Source: Eledone cirrhosa
Lineage: Eukaryota
NCBI GenBank assembly: GCA_964016885.1
Contig: OZ024752.1
Location: forward strand, 33,356,001-33,420,000
Reading direction: 5' to 3'
Length of the DNA stretch: 64,000 nt
Part shown: in pieces, positions 51,925 through 64,000 of the stretch
How positions within the stretch are numbered: position 1 is the stretch's first letter
Layout: each line of letters starts with the position of its first letter
The notes under the pieces: generated by a model
What the model saw: only the letters and a program-made list of their open reading frames with translations
Told to the model about the DNA's origin: nothing
Databases searched by the model: none
Program-made: the position numbers and the translations under genes

Positions 51925-54900
51925 AGTGGTCGTGTAGGTGTGACGACAAATAGCACATAGTCCACAGTGTAAAGTGGTCGTGTAGGAGACACAGCAAAAA
52001 GCACCCAGCACGCACTGTAAAGTGGTCATGTAGGAGACACGGCAAAAAGCACCCAGCACGCACTATAAAGTGGTCGTGTAGGAGACACGGCAAAAAGCAT
52101 CCAGCACGCATTGTAAAGTGGTCGTGTAGGAGACATGGCAAAAAGCACCCAGTACGCACTGTAAAGTGGTTGTGTAGGAGACATAGGAAAAAGAACCCAG
52201 CACGCACTGTAAATTGGTCGTGTAGGAGACACGGCAAAAAGCACCCAGCACGCACTGTAAAGTGGTCGTGTAGGAGACACGGCAAAAAGCACCCAGTACG
52301 CACTGTAAAGTGGTTGTGTAGGAGACATAGGAAAAAGAACCCAGCACGCACTGTAAATTGGTCGTGTAGGAGACACGTCAAAAAGCACCCAGCACGCACT
52401 GTAAAGTGATTGTGTAGGAGACATGGCAAAAATCACCCAGCACTCACTGTAAAGTGGTCATGTAGGAGACATGACAAAAAGCACCCAGCAGGCACTGTAA
52501 AGTGGTCGTGTAGGAGACATGACAAAAAGCACCCAGCACACACTGTAAAGTGGTCGTGTAGGAGACATGACAAAAAGCACCCAGCAGGCACTGTAAAGTG
52601 TTTGTGTAGAAGACATGGCAAAAAGCACCCAGCATGCACTGTAAAGTGGTCGTGTAGGAGACACGGCAAAAAGCACCCAGTACGCACTGTAAAGTGGTTG
52701 TGTAGGAGACATGGGAAAAAGAACCCAGCACGCACTGTAAATTGGTCGTGTAGGAGATACGGCAAAAAGCACCCAGCACGTACTGTAAAGTGGTCATGTA
52801 GGAGACACGGCAAAAAGCACCCAGCACGCACTATAAAGTGGTTGTGTAGGAGACATGGCAAAAATCACCCAGCACTCACTGTAAAATGGTCGTGTAGGAG
52901 ACATGACAAAAAGCACCCAGCACACACTGTAAAGTGGTCGTGTAGGAGACATGACAAAAAGCACCCAGCAGGCACTGTAAAGTGGTTGTGTAGGAGACAC
53001 GGCAAAAAGCACCTGGCATGCACTGTAAAGTGGTTGTGTAAAAATACGGAAAAAAGCACTTAGCACGCACTGTAAAGTGGTTGTGTAGGTGTCATGACAA
53101 AAAGCACCCAGCACACACTGTAAGGTGGTTGTGTAGGTGTCATGACAAAAAGCACCCAGCACACACTGTAAAGTGGTTGTGTAAGTGTCATGACAAAAAG
53201 CACCCAGCACACACTGTAAAGTGATTGTGTAGGAAATACGGCAAAAAGCACCCAGCATGCACTGTAAAGTGGTTGTGTAGGAAATACGGCAAAAAGCACC
53301 CAGCATGCACTGTACAGTGGTTGTGTAGGAGACACGCCAAAAAGCACCCAGCATGCACTGTAAAGTGGTCGAGTAGGAGACACGGCAAAAAGCACCCAGC
53401 TGGCACTGTAAAGTGGTCATGTAAGAAATACGATAAAAAGCACCCAGCACGCACTGTAAAGTGGTCGTGTAGGAGATACGGAAAAAAGCACCCAGCACGC
53501 ACTGTAAAGTGGTCGTGTAGGAGACACGACAAAAAGCACCCAGCATGCACTGTAAAGTGGTTGTGTAAGAAATACGGCAAAAAGCACCCAGCACGCACTG
53601 TAAAGTGGTTGAGTAGGAGACACAGCAAAAAACACCCAGCATGCACTGTAAAGTGGTTGTGAAGTAGATACGGAAAAAAGCACTTAGCACGCACTGTAAA
53701 GTGGTTGTGTAGGTGTCATGACAAAAAGCACCCAGCACACACTGTAAAGTGGTTGTGTACGTGTCATGACAAAAAGCACCCAGCACACACTGTAAAGTGA
53801 TTGTGTAGGAAATACGGCAAAAAGCACCCAGCATGCACTGTAAAATGGTTGTGTAGGAAATACGGCAAAAAGCACCCAGCACACACTGTAAGGTGGTTGT
53901 GTAGGGGACATGCCAAAAAGCACCCAGCATGCACTGTAAAGTGGTCGAGTAGGAGACACGGTAAAAAGCACCCAGCAAGCACTGTAAAGTGGTCGTGTAG
54001 GAGACATGGCAAAAAGCACCCAGCAGGCACTGTAAAGTGGTTGTGTAAAAAATATGGCAAAAAGCACCCAGCAAGCACTGTAAAGTGGTCGTGTAGGAGA
54101 CACGGCAAAAAGCACCCAGCTGGCACTGTAAAGTGGTCATGTAAGAAATACGGCAAAAAGCACCCTGCATGCACTGTAAAGTGGTCGTGTAGGAGACACG
54201 ACAAAAAGCACCCAGCAAGCACTGTAAAGTGGTTGTGAAGGAGATACGGAAAAAAGCACTTAGCACGCACTGTAAAGTGGTTGTGTAGGTGTCATGACAA
54301 AAAGCACCCAGCGTGCACTGTAAAGTGGTTGTGTAGGAGACACGCCAAAAAGCACCCAGCATGCACTGTAAAGTGGTCGTGTAGGAGACACGGCAAAAAG
54401 CACCCAGCATGCACTGTAAAGTGGTCGTGTTGGAGACACGGCAAAAAGCACCCAGCAGGCACTGTAAAGTGGTCGTGTAAGAAATATGGCAAAAAGCACC
54501 CAGCACGCACTGTAAAGTGGTCGTGTAGGAGACATGGCATAAAGCACCCAGCATGCACTGTATAGTGGTCGTGTAGAAGACACGACAAAAAGCACGCAGC
54601 ATGCACTGTAAAGTGGTTGTGTAGGAGACACGACAAAAATCACCCAGCACGCACTGTAAAGTGATTGTGTAGGAAATACGGCAAAAAGCACCCAGCATGC
54701 ACTGTAAAGTGGTCGTGTAGGAGACACGACAAAAATCACCCAGCACGCACTGTAAAGTGATTGTGTAGGAAATACGGCAAAAAGCACCCAGCACGCACTG
54801 TAAAGTGGTCGAGTAGGAGACACGCCAAAAAGCACCCAGCACGCACTGTAAAGTGGTCGAGTAGGAGACACAGCAAAAAGCACCCAGCAGGTACTGTAAA

Positions 54901-56255
54901 GTGGTCGTGTAGGAGACATGGTAAAAAGCACTCAGCACGCACTGTAAAGTAGTTGTGTAGGAGACACGGCAAAAAGCACTTAGCACGCACTGTAAAGTGG
55001 TTGTGTAGGTGTCATGACAAAAAGCACCCAGCAGGTACTGTAAAGTGGTCATGTAGGAGACATGGTAAAAAGCACTCAGCACGCACTGTAAAGTGTTTGT
55101 GTAGGAGACACGGCGAAAATCACCCAGCACGCACTGTAAAGTGGTTGTGTAGGAGATACGGCAAAAAGCACCCAGCACGCACTGTAAAGTGGTCGAGTAG
55201 GAGACACGGCAAAAAGCACCCAGCACGCACTGTAAAGTGGTCGAGTAGGAGACATGGCAAAAAGCACCCAGCACACACTGTAAAGTGGTCGAGTAGGAGA
55301 CATGGCAAAAAGCACCCAGCACGCACTGTAAAGTGGTCGAGTAGGAGATACGGAAAAAAGCACCCAGCACGCACTGTAAAGTGGTCGAGTAGGAGACACG
55401 GCAAGAAGCACCCAGCAAGCACTGTAAAGTGGTCGAGTAGGAGATACGGAAAAAAGCACCCAGCACGCACTGTAAAGTGGTCGAGTAGGAGACACGGCAA
55501 GAAGCACCCAGCAAGCACTGTAAAGTGGTCGAGTAGGAGATACGGAAAAAAGCACCCAGCACGCACTGTAAAGTGGTCGAGTAGGAGACACGGCAAGAAG
55601 CACCCAGCAAGCACTGTAAAGTGGTCGAGTAGGAGATACGGAAAAAAGCACCCAGCACGCACTGTAAAGTGGTCGAGTAGGAGACACGGCAAGAAGCACC
55701 CAGCAAGCACTGTAAAGTGGTCGTGTAGAAGACACGGCGAAAATCACCCAGCACACTGTAAAGTGTTTGTGTAGAAGACATGGCAAAAATCACCCAGCAC
55801 GCACTGTAAAGTGGTTGTGTAGGAGATACGGCAAAAAGCACCCAGCACGCACTGTAAAGTGGTCGAGTAGGAGACACGGCAAGAAGCACCCAGCATGCAC
55901 TGTAAAGTGGTCGTGTAGGAGACACGGCAAAAAGCACCCAGCATGCACTGTAAAGTGGTTGTGTAGGAGACACGGCAAGAAGCACCCAGCACGCACTGTA
56001 AAGTGGTCGTGTAGGAGACACGGCAAAAAGCACCCAGCACGCACTGTAAAGTGGTTGTGTAGGAGACACGGCAAAAAGCACCCAGCACGCACTGTAAAGT
56101 GGTCGTGTAAGAAATACGGCAAAACGCACCCAGCATGCACTGTAAAGTGGTCGAGTAGGAGATATGGCAAGACATGGTCACCTGACCCAACTTTCTCTAA
56201 TAGGACAAACCCGTCTAACCCATGCTAGCGTGCAATAGACATCAAATGATGATGA
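51925..56255 (+). repeat. 48-bp minisatellite (~88 copies) of the SINE-A internal unit, ending in a SINE-type tail
   Basis: Unit AAAGTGGTCGTGTAGGAGACACGGCAAAAAGCACCCAGCACGCACTGT followed by CAAGACATGGTCA...CTAACCCATGCTAGCGTG...ATGATGATG. Confidence 0.95.
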
Positions 56256-57012
56256 AGACCATTTTTGCTCCTATCTGTCCACAAAACACTCAGCGAACAT
56301 CCTAAACCAAACACCAACATGCACTCATGATTCTTGAACCACCCTCTAAATTCGGCAGACTGCCCACCTTTCCAAACGTGGCTAACCGAACAGAAACTGC
56401 AACAGCCACATAATGGGAAGAGAGATGTTATCAGCCTACAGCTGTCATATTACGTAGTTTCTATATAATAAAGCTAATATTATCTGTAATTCAATCCAGC
56501 CATTGGGAAACTATACCGGGAGAGAGGTTCGTGTCAAATTAGTTTGGTATCTTGTACAAGAAGACAGCATAATACACCATACTCTGTGTTTTAAGTAACA
56601 GGCATCAATAACATTGCTAACACTATTACTACTGATGCTGTACAACAGATTTCTGTATACTGACTCTTATTTTACCACATATGAGGCTTGATGATACAAC
56701 AATCAACCATTACTACTGATGTTAGACATTAGATTTGGTGTGCAAACAAGAGGATTGTGTAAATGAGAGATTGATAGGTTTCACTCAAACTATAGTTTTC
56801 ACCATAATTTACAATCTGGGTATATCTTGATTATTTTCCAAGATATTTAGTCACTAATGGAGAGATTGAATCTCCAATAAAACACCAAACTTTGTTTTAT
56901 ATTTCAGTTTTATTTTTTGCATAATTAATAATCTTTAATTATTTATTCATTAATTTTATAAAAATATTAGTAATAACTGCATAATTATGCCATTATTTTT
57001 CAGCTTTATAAT

Positions 57013-57196
57013 GGTGGATTGGCAGTATCGGTAGAGGGTCGGACGATATGCTTTGACGCATAGAGTTACGGATCTTTCCATTCTGAGTTCAAATCCCGCC
57101 GAGGTCAACTTTGCCTTTCATCCTGACGGGGTCGATAAAATAAAGTACCAGTAATGTACTGGATAATTGCTGGCCTTGTGCCAAAAGTAGAAACAA
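57013..57196 (+). mobile_element. SINE family B copy with ~21-23-bp target-site duplication
   Basis: Flanked on both sides by ATTATTTTTCAGCTTTATAAT(GG); similar to 4204-4384. Confidence 0.88.
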
Positions 57197-58455
57197 TTAT
57201 TTTTCAGCTTTATAATGGATTGTTATAGTTGTTTTCTTGACTGGTGGATTGTGTAAAATGACAGACTTTGTGGTATTTAGCACTGTAGGGAGTTCAACCC
57301 ACTCAACTCTATACCTTTGCTACCAAATGTATGGATTTCTATTAATGTAAACAATTTTTAACCCATGCTAGCATGGAAAATGGATGTTAAATGATGAAGA
57401 TGATGATGATGATAAATTAATATTCTTCTTTGCCCACTTATTCCTGAGAGGGTCACAGGGGCAGGGACTTCAAACATTCCTTCCAGTCAGAAGCAACCAT
57501 CTCCATTTGATCTAGCTGGATCTCCAAATGAGACCAATCAAGCTCATGGATTTTATCTAAACATCTTACTCAGTGTCTACCCCTGGATCTTCTGCCTGTT
57601 GGTTTTGCCTGTAAAATCCATCCAGTGATACTATAGGCATATGGTTAGAATGTTTTAGGATAGAATCACTGGACAGATGATAAATTAATATTAAGTTTTA
57701 ATGTTAGAGATTTTTTAAAACTTCAATCACTCAAGGTGAACCATGTATCGGCTCATAGAAAGTTATTTTCCAAGCCACAGGCTTAAGCAAGTTTTTTTTT
57801 TTTTTAATGAACTACCAACAGTTGCCTATGCAGCAAATTCCCCATACCGAGACCACCAATGTTACCCAACAGATAAGCAATGAGCGATACATATAGGTAC
57901 CAGTGAGCTATCTCATCATATCATGGGATATCTCAGAACATAAAGAGTCTGAAAAATACTGCAAAACATTTTGTCAAACACTAATAACAATTCCACCACC
58001 ATTTTGTCTTTTGTCGTTCCTGGAAGGAGGATAAAAGACAGTTAACTTCAGCAGGATTTAATCCTTTAGCCGTTACATTACTCTATATATACTATTGTAT
58101 TTTCATGGTAAAGGCTTTATCTCACATAATATCGAAGCTATGAGATTTTTATGTTATTTATTTTGAGAACAATACCTTAATATCAGTATGAGCGGCCAGT
58201 TACAGCCCGTTTGAACAGAAAGAGGTGAGAGAATGCTGGCCAGATACGGCTAAAGGGCCAGAACAAATATCTCAAGGAATTTTGTCTGATGTTCTAATGG
58301 TTCAGTCAATGCACCATCTTAGATATCAGCCCTGAAATTATCATTATTTATAATTATCATCATCAATGTTCATTTTCCATGCTTGCATGAGTTAGACATG
58401 TCTTACGTTGAGAGATGGGTCAGGCCAGGAGACCGAGTCTTGCTCATACAGATCT

Positions 58456-58486
<31 letters not shown>

Positions 58487-58585
58487 CAATAATATAATTT
58501 TTGTATCATTGTATATATTTTAAACATTGATTTTTTTCCTCCCATGGCATTTCATGTGTTTTCTTCTTCTTCTCTCCATCTGTAG

Positions 58586-58721
58586 GCAATGTTCTGAATG
58601 TGCCAGCTCTAGTAGTGATGTTTCTGAAGAAACGGGAGTCGATGTAGACGCTCCTCGCAAACTACGAGAGAAGATCAAAGAACCTATTAAGTTTGAACAA
58701 TTACAATTAGATATAAAATCA
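58586..58721 (+). CDS. PHF14: PHF14 exon 15 (QCSECASSSSDVSEETGVDVDAPRKLREKIKEPIKFEQLQLDIKS)
   Basis: Strong pyrimidine tract with tgtag, gtaagt donor; completes W-QCSEC of PHD3; IKEPxKF motif. Confidence 0.94.
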
Positions 58722-59359
58722 GTAAGTATTTTCTTTTATGTTCCTTTTCATTATTAATGCTCGGTGTATTTTGTTTTCACATTGAAACGCAAGCTTACTA
58801 ATGAGAAAGTTAGTTATATTACTAAATCCCTCCAAATTCCTGATTATTTTCAAAATGATAGGATGCAAGACATAAGCTTTGTGAGTTGTCATACTTTTCA
58901 AAGTTTTGGAGTGGCTTGTCTGGTTAGCTGCTGTTCCTATAACTAACCACTTATCCTAAAACTAAATGTTATCATACCAGCAGCGTTAGAGCGTCTTTGC
59001 TATACTGTATCAATTTCTAATCTGAGCTACTGCTCTCCTAGAATAGGTTATCTTCACTACAGCTTACAGGGTCCACAACCCCATATAAGTATTTAGTTGA
59101 AGTTACTGCTTTCCTTTCTGCCAGGAGCTGCAACCAGTAGATGGTATCAGCAATGAAAACATTGTTTCCTTGGTTCGATTTGAAGGGTTCCACCCTACTC
59201 GATCAGCAAATGAGTTCTGGGATCTTGTCAACCAACCTCTATGCTCTCCTACATACACCCCAAAAATAGAAAGATATATATATAGTGGTAGTAAGAAACA
59301 CACAGGAGAGCTGGACAAGTGAAGGTTTTCTTTATTTATATATATATAAGGGCCAAAAG

Positions 59360-59480
59360 ATTGTTTCTGAAGACGGTTTGATCGGACCTATACATGAAAT
59401 CCGATAGTATAGTTATAAAACTGCTATAGATCAGTCAATATGTCGATATGATCAAGCCTCCGAAACGATCATAAAACAAT
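59360..59480 (+). ncRNA. Degenerate type I hammerhead with long stem II
   Basis: ATTGTTT-CTGAAGA-cGGTTTGATC...GATCAAGCCtcc-GAA-ACGATCAT-A-AAACAAT; perfect 7-bp stem I; insert bounded by (TA)n. Confidence 0.55.
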
Positions 59481-60337
59481 GATATGAATAGGTAAAATAA
59501 CTCGGCTTTGTTATTATTTTCATTGTTAAATTAATACCTAATATATACATATATATGAAACTCAGGCACTCTCAATTGCCATAACTTGAACATAAATACA
59601 ACCTGAATTAAACGAAAGCCAAACAAACATAAACCATCCTACGCTTATATGTAATCCCAAACCTTAGACCCTGATGGCTCAAGGAAGAGTTAAATCATGT
59701 ACATTCTTCTATGTCTCAACCTCCCAGGAAACCAGTCGCCTACCTCGCTCCTACTTTTGCAGTTTCTGGAGTAGTTTTTTTTTTATAGGGGTTAGCTTAT
59801 TGGCCCAATGCCCAACTTTCCTTTTCTTAAACCAGCCACTAACCCACATCAATTACTGGTATGGAAATGACAGCTGTCATCAGAATGTGTCTGTCATATT
59901 ATATAACTAGCAAATTTACCCAAGAATATTCAGCTAGGAAGTAAATTGAATGGAAAATCCCATAATGATTTAGTTTTTATGGGTTTGCTGACACAGGCAT
60001 GTGACTTAGAAGAAAATTGATGCTCGCTTAAGAGCCTTGTAGTGCAGAGAATAAACACCTACAATTTTGTCGCGAGTGACAAAATAATGTGCAAGCTACA
60101 GCTGAAAAGTTGTAAGTCCCATAAGGATTTTGTTTTCATTTCAACTTTAGGAAAAAATAATTTTGCTATCGATTTTTTATTGCGCAACTTGGGTTGATTT
60201 AAACATTTTTTGTGATGTGATCATCTTAGCGACAGTTGCAACATGCACAGAAAATTTAGTCAAATTCGGTTGGGAATTGTAAAAGCCTTAGCTGTCCAGA
60301 CACACATCCTTGCTTTTATATAATTGAGTTTTTAAAT

Positions 60338-60606
60338 GAAGGCATATGGCTTAGAGTATTGGCCTTGCAATCGAAAGGCTGTGAGTTCAATTCTCAGACC
60401 GGGTGATGTGTTGTTTCCTTGAGCAAGGCACTTTATTTCACATTGCTCCAGCTGTAGAAATGAGATGATAGGGACTGGGGTCCATATCATTCCACGGCAA
60501 AAAAAAGCACCCACTGTAAATAAGGTTGGTGTTAGGAAGGGCATCCAGCCAAAATCAGTTGCCGTCCCACCCTTGCAAGCAGGGAAAAAGCGGACATAAA
60601 ATGAAA
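60338..60606 (+). mobile_element. SINE family A copy with internal deletions
   Basis: Same head and RTE-like tail as 2426-2746. Confidence 0.8.
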
Positions 60607-61387
60607 TAAGTTAGTGGTGGTTGTTAAAATTGTATTCCATTCTTACTAACTTTATCCCTTTAACATTACTCTATATTTACTATTGTATTTTCATGGTAAA
60701 CCCTTCATTTCTCGTAGATTCGATATTATTTCAAAACTATGAGCAGCCGGCTAGGATCGGTTTAAACGCTATAGTGAGGCAAACAGAATTATATATAAAA
60801 CACTAATACACACTTGGTATCAGACAGCTTCGCAAAGCTGCAATGTTTATCATTCCATTTATTTCTATAACTAATAAGAGCTTCATAACTTAATTTTAAA
60901 TAAGTGCTATCAAATATCTGAGAGATTGTTAGCTTTATTTTAACCAGCCAGAATTCTCTCACCTCATACTGATGTTAAGGTATTGTTCTCAAAACCTCAG
61001 ATTCCATATTATGCGAGATAAAGCCTTTACCACAAAGATATAATAGTATATGACCTTGTCTTGCTCATACCAGAATCAGTTCCCGTATGAGCAAGACAAC
61101 CCATGCTAACATGGAAGAACGGACGTAAAACGGTGATGATAGAGTAATGTAAACCTCTATCATTTTATTCACAGAAACAGCTACAATTTGAAGGGAGGGG
61201 AAAAATTATTAAATTGACCCCAGTGGGTTACTAGTGTTTTATATTTTATCAACCTAACCTCAGCAGCATTTGAACATAAAAGGCCATAAAATTTACTTCA
61301 ACATACAAATTATTTCAATTCTCTTGGACAACTTCTCTTCAGATATTTGTTTTCTACATTTTATTTTTTTAACTTTTCCTGTAACAG

Positions 61388-61513
61388 GAAAAACGTCTGC
61401 GGAATCGGTCAAATTCTAAACAGAAAAAAGGAAAGAAACGAAAGTCTATGAAGCTAGAAAAAGTTGGCAAACGAGAAGAGAATGAAGATTCTGAGGAAGT
61501 GATGGAACTGTGA
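61388..61513 (+). CDS. PHF14: Probable PHF14 terminal coding exon (EKRLRNRSNSKQKKGKKRKSMKLEKVGKREENEDSEEVMEL*)
   Basis: Pyrimidine tract with aacag, phase 0 fits exon 15, basic NLS-like stretch, TGA at 61511-61513; low sequence conservation. Confidence 0.72.
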   Translation, partial: EKRLRNRSNSKQKKGKKRKSMKLEKVGKREENEDSEEVMEL

Positions 61514-61891
61514 TTCAGTTTTGAATTTGTTGTACAAGCTACAATACCTGGTACTAAATTGACAACTTACCAACACTATGTGGTGCTAGCTGTACAAAAT
61601 TAACTGACAACTTACCAACACTAGTGACTGGAAATTTTTCTTCGATAAAAAAAAAAAAAATTTTACTATGAATATTAGTTTTCAATTAACATTTAAATGA
61701 AGATTAATTTTCTGAAAATGAAATGTGTATTTATTGTTGTATGGAGTGTTTTGTTCAGTTCTTGGTTCAAATTAAAAGGATCAGCTATGGTTTATCAAGT
61801 TCAGTTGATCACCAGTGCCCTACAAAGTAATTATGTTTTCGTATCATTGATAAACATTTTCTCTATTTATTTCTCAGGAGTTTAAAGGTCC

Positions 61892-61998
61892 TTAACCCTT
61901 TAGCATTTAAACCGGCCACTCATATTGATAAGGTATCAATATCTGAGATAAAGCCTTTGCTGTGAAAATATAGAGTAATGTAAATGCTAAAGGGTTAA
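61892..61998. mobile_element. Internally deleted TTAA-flanked MITE
   Basis: Perfect TIR pair only ~107 bp apart. Confidence 0.82.
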
Positions 61999-63415
61999 AT
62001 AACCTTTGGACGGCTATAAATTAATTCATTGATTATGCTGGTGGTCAACAGAATTATGCAAAGGTAGTAAGGTGGCTTATAAAATGTTTAAAGGTTTTCT
62101 TTTTGCAAGCTAGCATGGGTTGGCTAAAGATCTGTAATACAGCATTAAGTTTGATTGAACTATTTTATGATGAAAAGGTGTTTAACACATAGAAACCAAG
62201 CCTAAAACAGTTTCCTGATCGGACAACTCATCTAACCCTCCCATGCTACTGTGATCTTAAGTTTTGTTCAAGCTATCCCTTACCCTACTTATTGATCATG
62301 TCACATTATACAGCCAACTCCTTCCATTCCACCTCTAGTGACTGAAAGGCAGCATCCATCATTTTTTTAAGCTTCCCGAAGCCTAGCCCAAGCGTACTAC
62401 TAGGAGTGGGCAACAAATACCATACTGTTTATGCAAGAACCTTTGCTTCAAACACCATATAACTAAGTCTTTTGAAAATAAGTTAATCATCGAATGACGC
62501 TGAAACATAATTCATTCATGATCGTTTGGGTGAGGCATGGTCTCCCGACCATACGGAAGTGTTATTTATTAGATCTAGTTGGTATATAACATTACCTTTT
62601 ATTCCTAATAATTTAAAAGGTGAGGTAAACAGGTTATAACTACATCGGAGTAGTAATGTTTTATATCACATACCAGTGATCTCTACCATCACTAAACTTG
62701 GATTAAAAGTTTGCCAATCTAAAGAAGTGAAGGCATAGAAACTAAAAGATCTAGCTGTTCAGATTTCTACATCCATAAGAATACAAAATTAAATTTATTT
62801 GTGATGATGTACTGACCACCTGAAAGTAAAAGATGAGCTATGGAGCAACACATGACATTGATACTACTAATCTTGGAAAGGCACGAACAGTAAAATACCC
62901 TCCCAGCCCACAAATATACGATACTCTAGTGATTAGTCAAACAAATCTTCCTCTGAACTAATAATCCCATGTCTAAGAAATATATGCTGAAAGCAGAATG
63001 GCTTTATATTTCACTAGAAATATGGTAACAAAAGGATTAAATTAAAATCCAAAATTCATTTATCATGTGAATGATAATGTAAGATTTCAATACGGTAGTT
63101 AGTCTTGTTACATTCTATGTATCAAAGATAAAATTTAGTAAAATCTTTCATTTAAGTAATGTTTACAGTTCATTCTTGGCAGCCATAAAGTAAAAACAAT
63201 TGAACAAAAAAAAAAAAAAAAGTCAATATTTCTACAGTAAATTCTAAGAAGCAACAGGTTACTACTATTCAACTGTTAGGAGGTATACTAAAAATCTATA
63301 CTTGAGGACCAAGTGCAATATGTCTATTGTTTGTGTCAGCCATTTAAGACTACTAAGATGGAGATGAGGGGAAACTAAGAAGTGCTGTACAAGGTAACAT
63401 CCAAGTAGATCTGTG

Positions 63416-63552
63416 CTAACCCTTTAGCATTTAAACCGGCCCGAATTCTGTCACTAATGTTAAAATATTCTCAAAATTTCATAGATTCAATATTATGTGA
63501 GGTAAAGCCTTTACTCTATATTTTCATGGTAATGTAAGTGCTAAAGGATTAA
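63416..63552. mobile_element. Short degenerate copy of the TTAA-flanked MITE
   Basis: AACCCTTTAGCATTTA ... TAAGTGCTAAAGGATTAA. Confidence 0.7.
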
Positions 63553-64000
63553 GACAGATGATGGTAATGAGTGTCGAAAAATTAAGAACTATGACAGTAA
63601 AACCGTCTATAAGGTATTTTAAAAATCAGAAAAAGGATGTGGCTTGTTACATTTTCCTCTAAGACAGAGTTGTGAAATAATTGGTTTCACAGAACATACA
63701 CCAATTTTCAAATGTCCATCTTTTTTTTTGGGGGGGGGGGGGGGGGGTAAGAAAACGAAGAATGTTACTTTAATTGGATTAAATTTGTGTAAATAAGTTA
63801 AAAAAAAAAAAAAAAAAAAAAAAAGGTCTACGAGAATTAAGTATAACAAATGAAATTAAATTGATCATTCAAAAACAAACAAAAAATGTCCAAGAGGATT
63901 TAAAATATGACATGAAATGGTTGAAATTAAAGTGATCATTCAAAAAACAAACAAACGAAAAAAAAAAAAGGAAACATGTTTGAGCTTTGACAAACTTAAC

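Noticed and set aside
27130-56165. CRISPR-like array (36-bp and 48-bp periodicity)
   Set aside because: Units are contiguous with no unique spacers, there are no cas genes, and the context is a eukaryotic intron.
51863-56228. 1111-aa and other ORFs in the 48-bp array
   Set aside because: These are translations of a SINE-derived tandem repeat and are open on both strands.

Overview
AT-rich, repeat-dense eukaryotic DNA. The SINE/RTE/(TA)n repeat landscape suggests an octopus or other cephalopod, which is an inference. The window holds the 3' part of one plus-strand spliced gene, a PHF14 (PHD finger protein 14) ortholog. I read 16 coding exons with canonical AG/GT borders and consistent phases from 2830 to a TGA at 61513; the 5' exons lie upstream of the window. 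The introns contain tRNA-derived SINEs, RTE-type LINE fragments, TTAA-flanked MITEs and several minisatellites. The largest is a ~21.7-kb 36-bp satellite inside a 35-kb intron that splits a PHD finger. Almost all long ORFs in the ORF track are artefacts of these repeats. Two things stand out. (1) A set of small fold-back elements sits in (TA)n tracts, and several carry type I hammerhead ribozyme cores on both arms plus a one-sided tail (Penelope-like pLTR/retrozyme architecture); a separate compact hammerhead has a U3-A8 core variant. (2) Several intronic minisatellites are built from splice-site motifs, most clearly a 21-copy array of the exon's own acceptor in which every upstream copy is followed by an in-frame TGA. 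All folds and alignments were read by eye and not computed.
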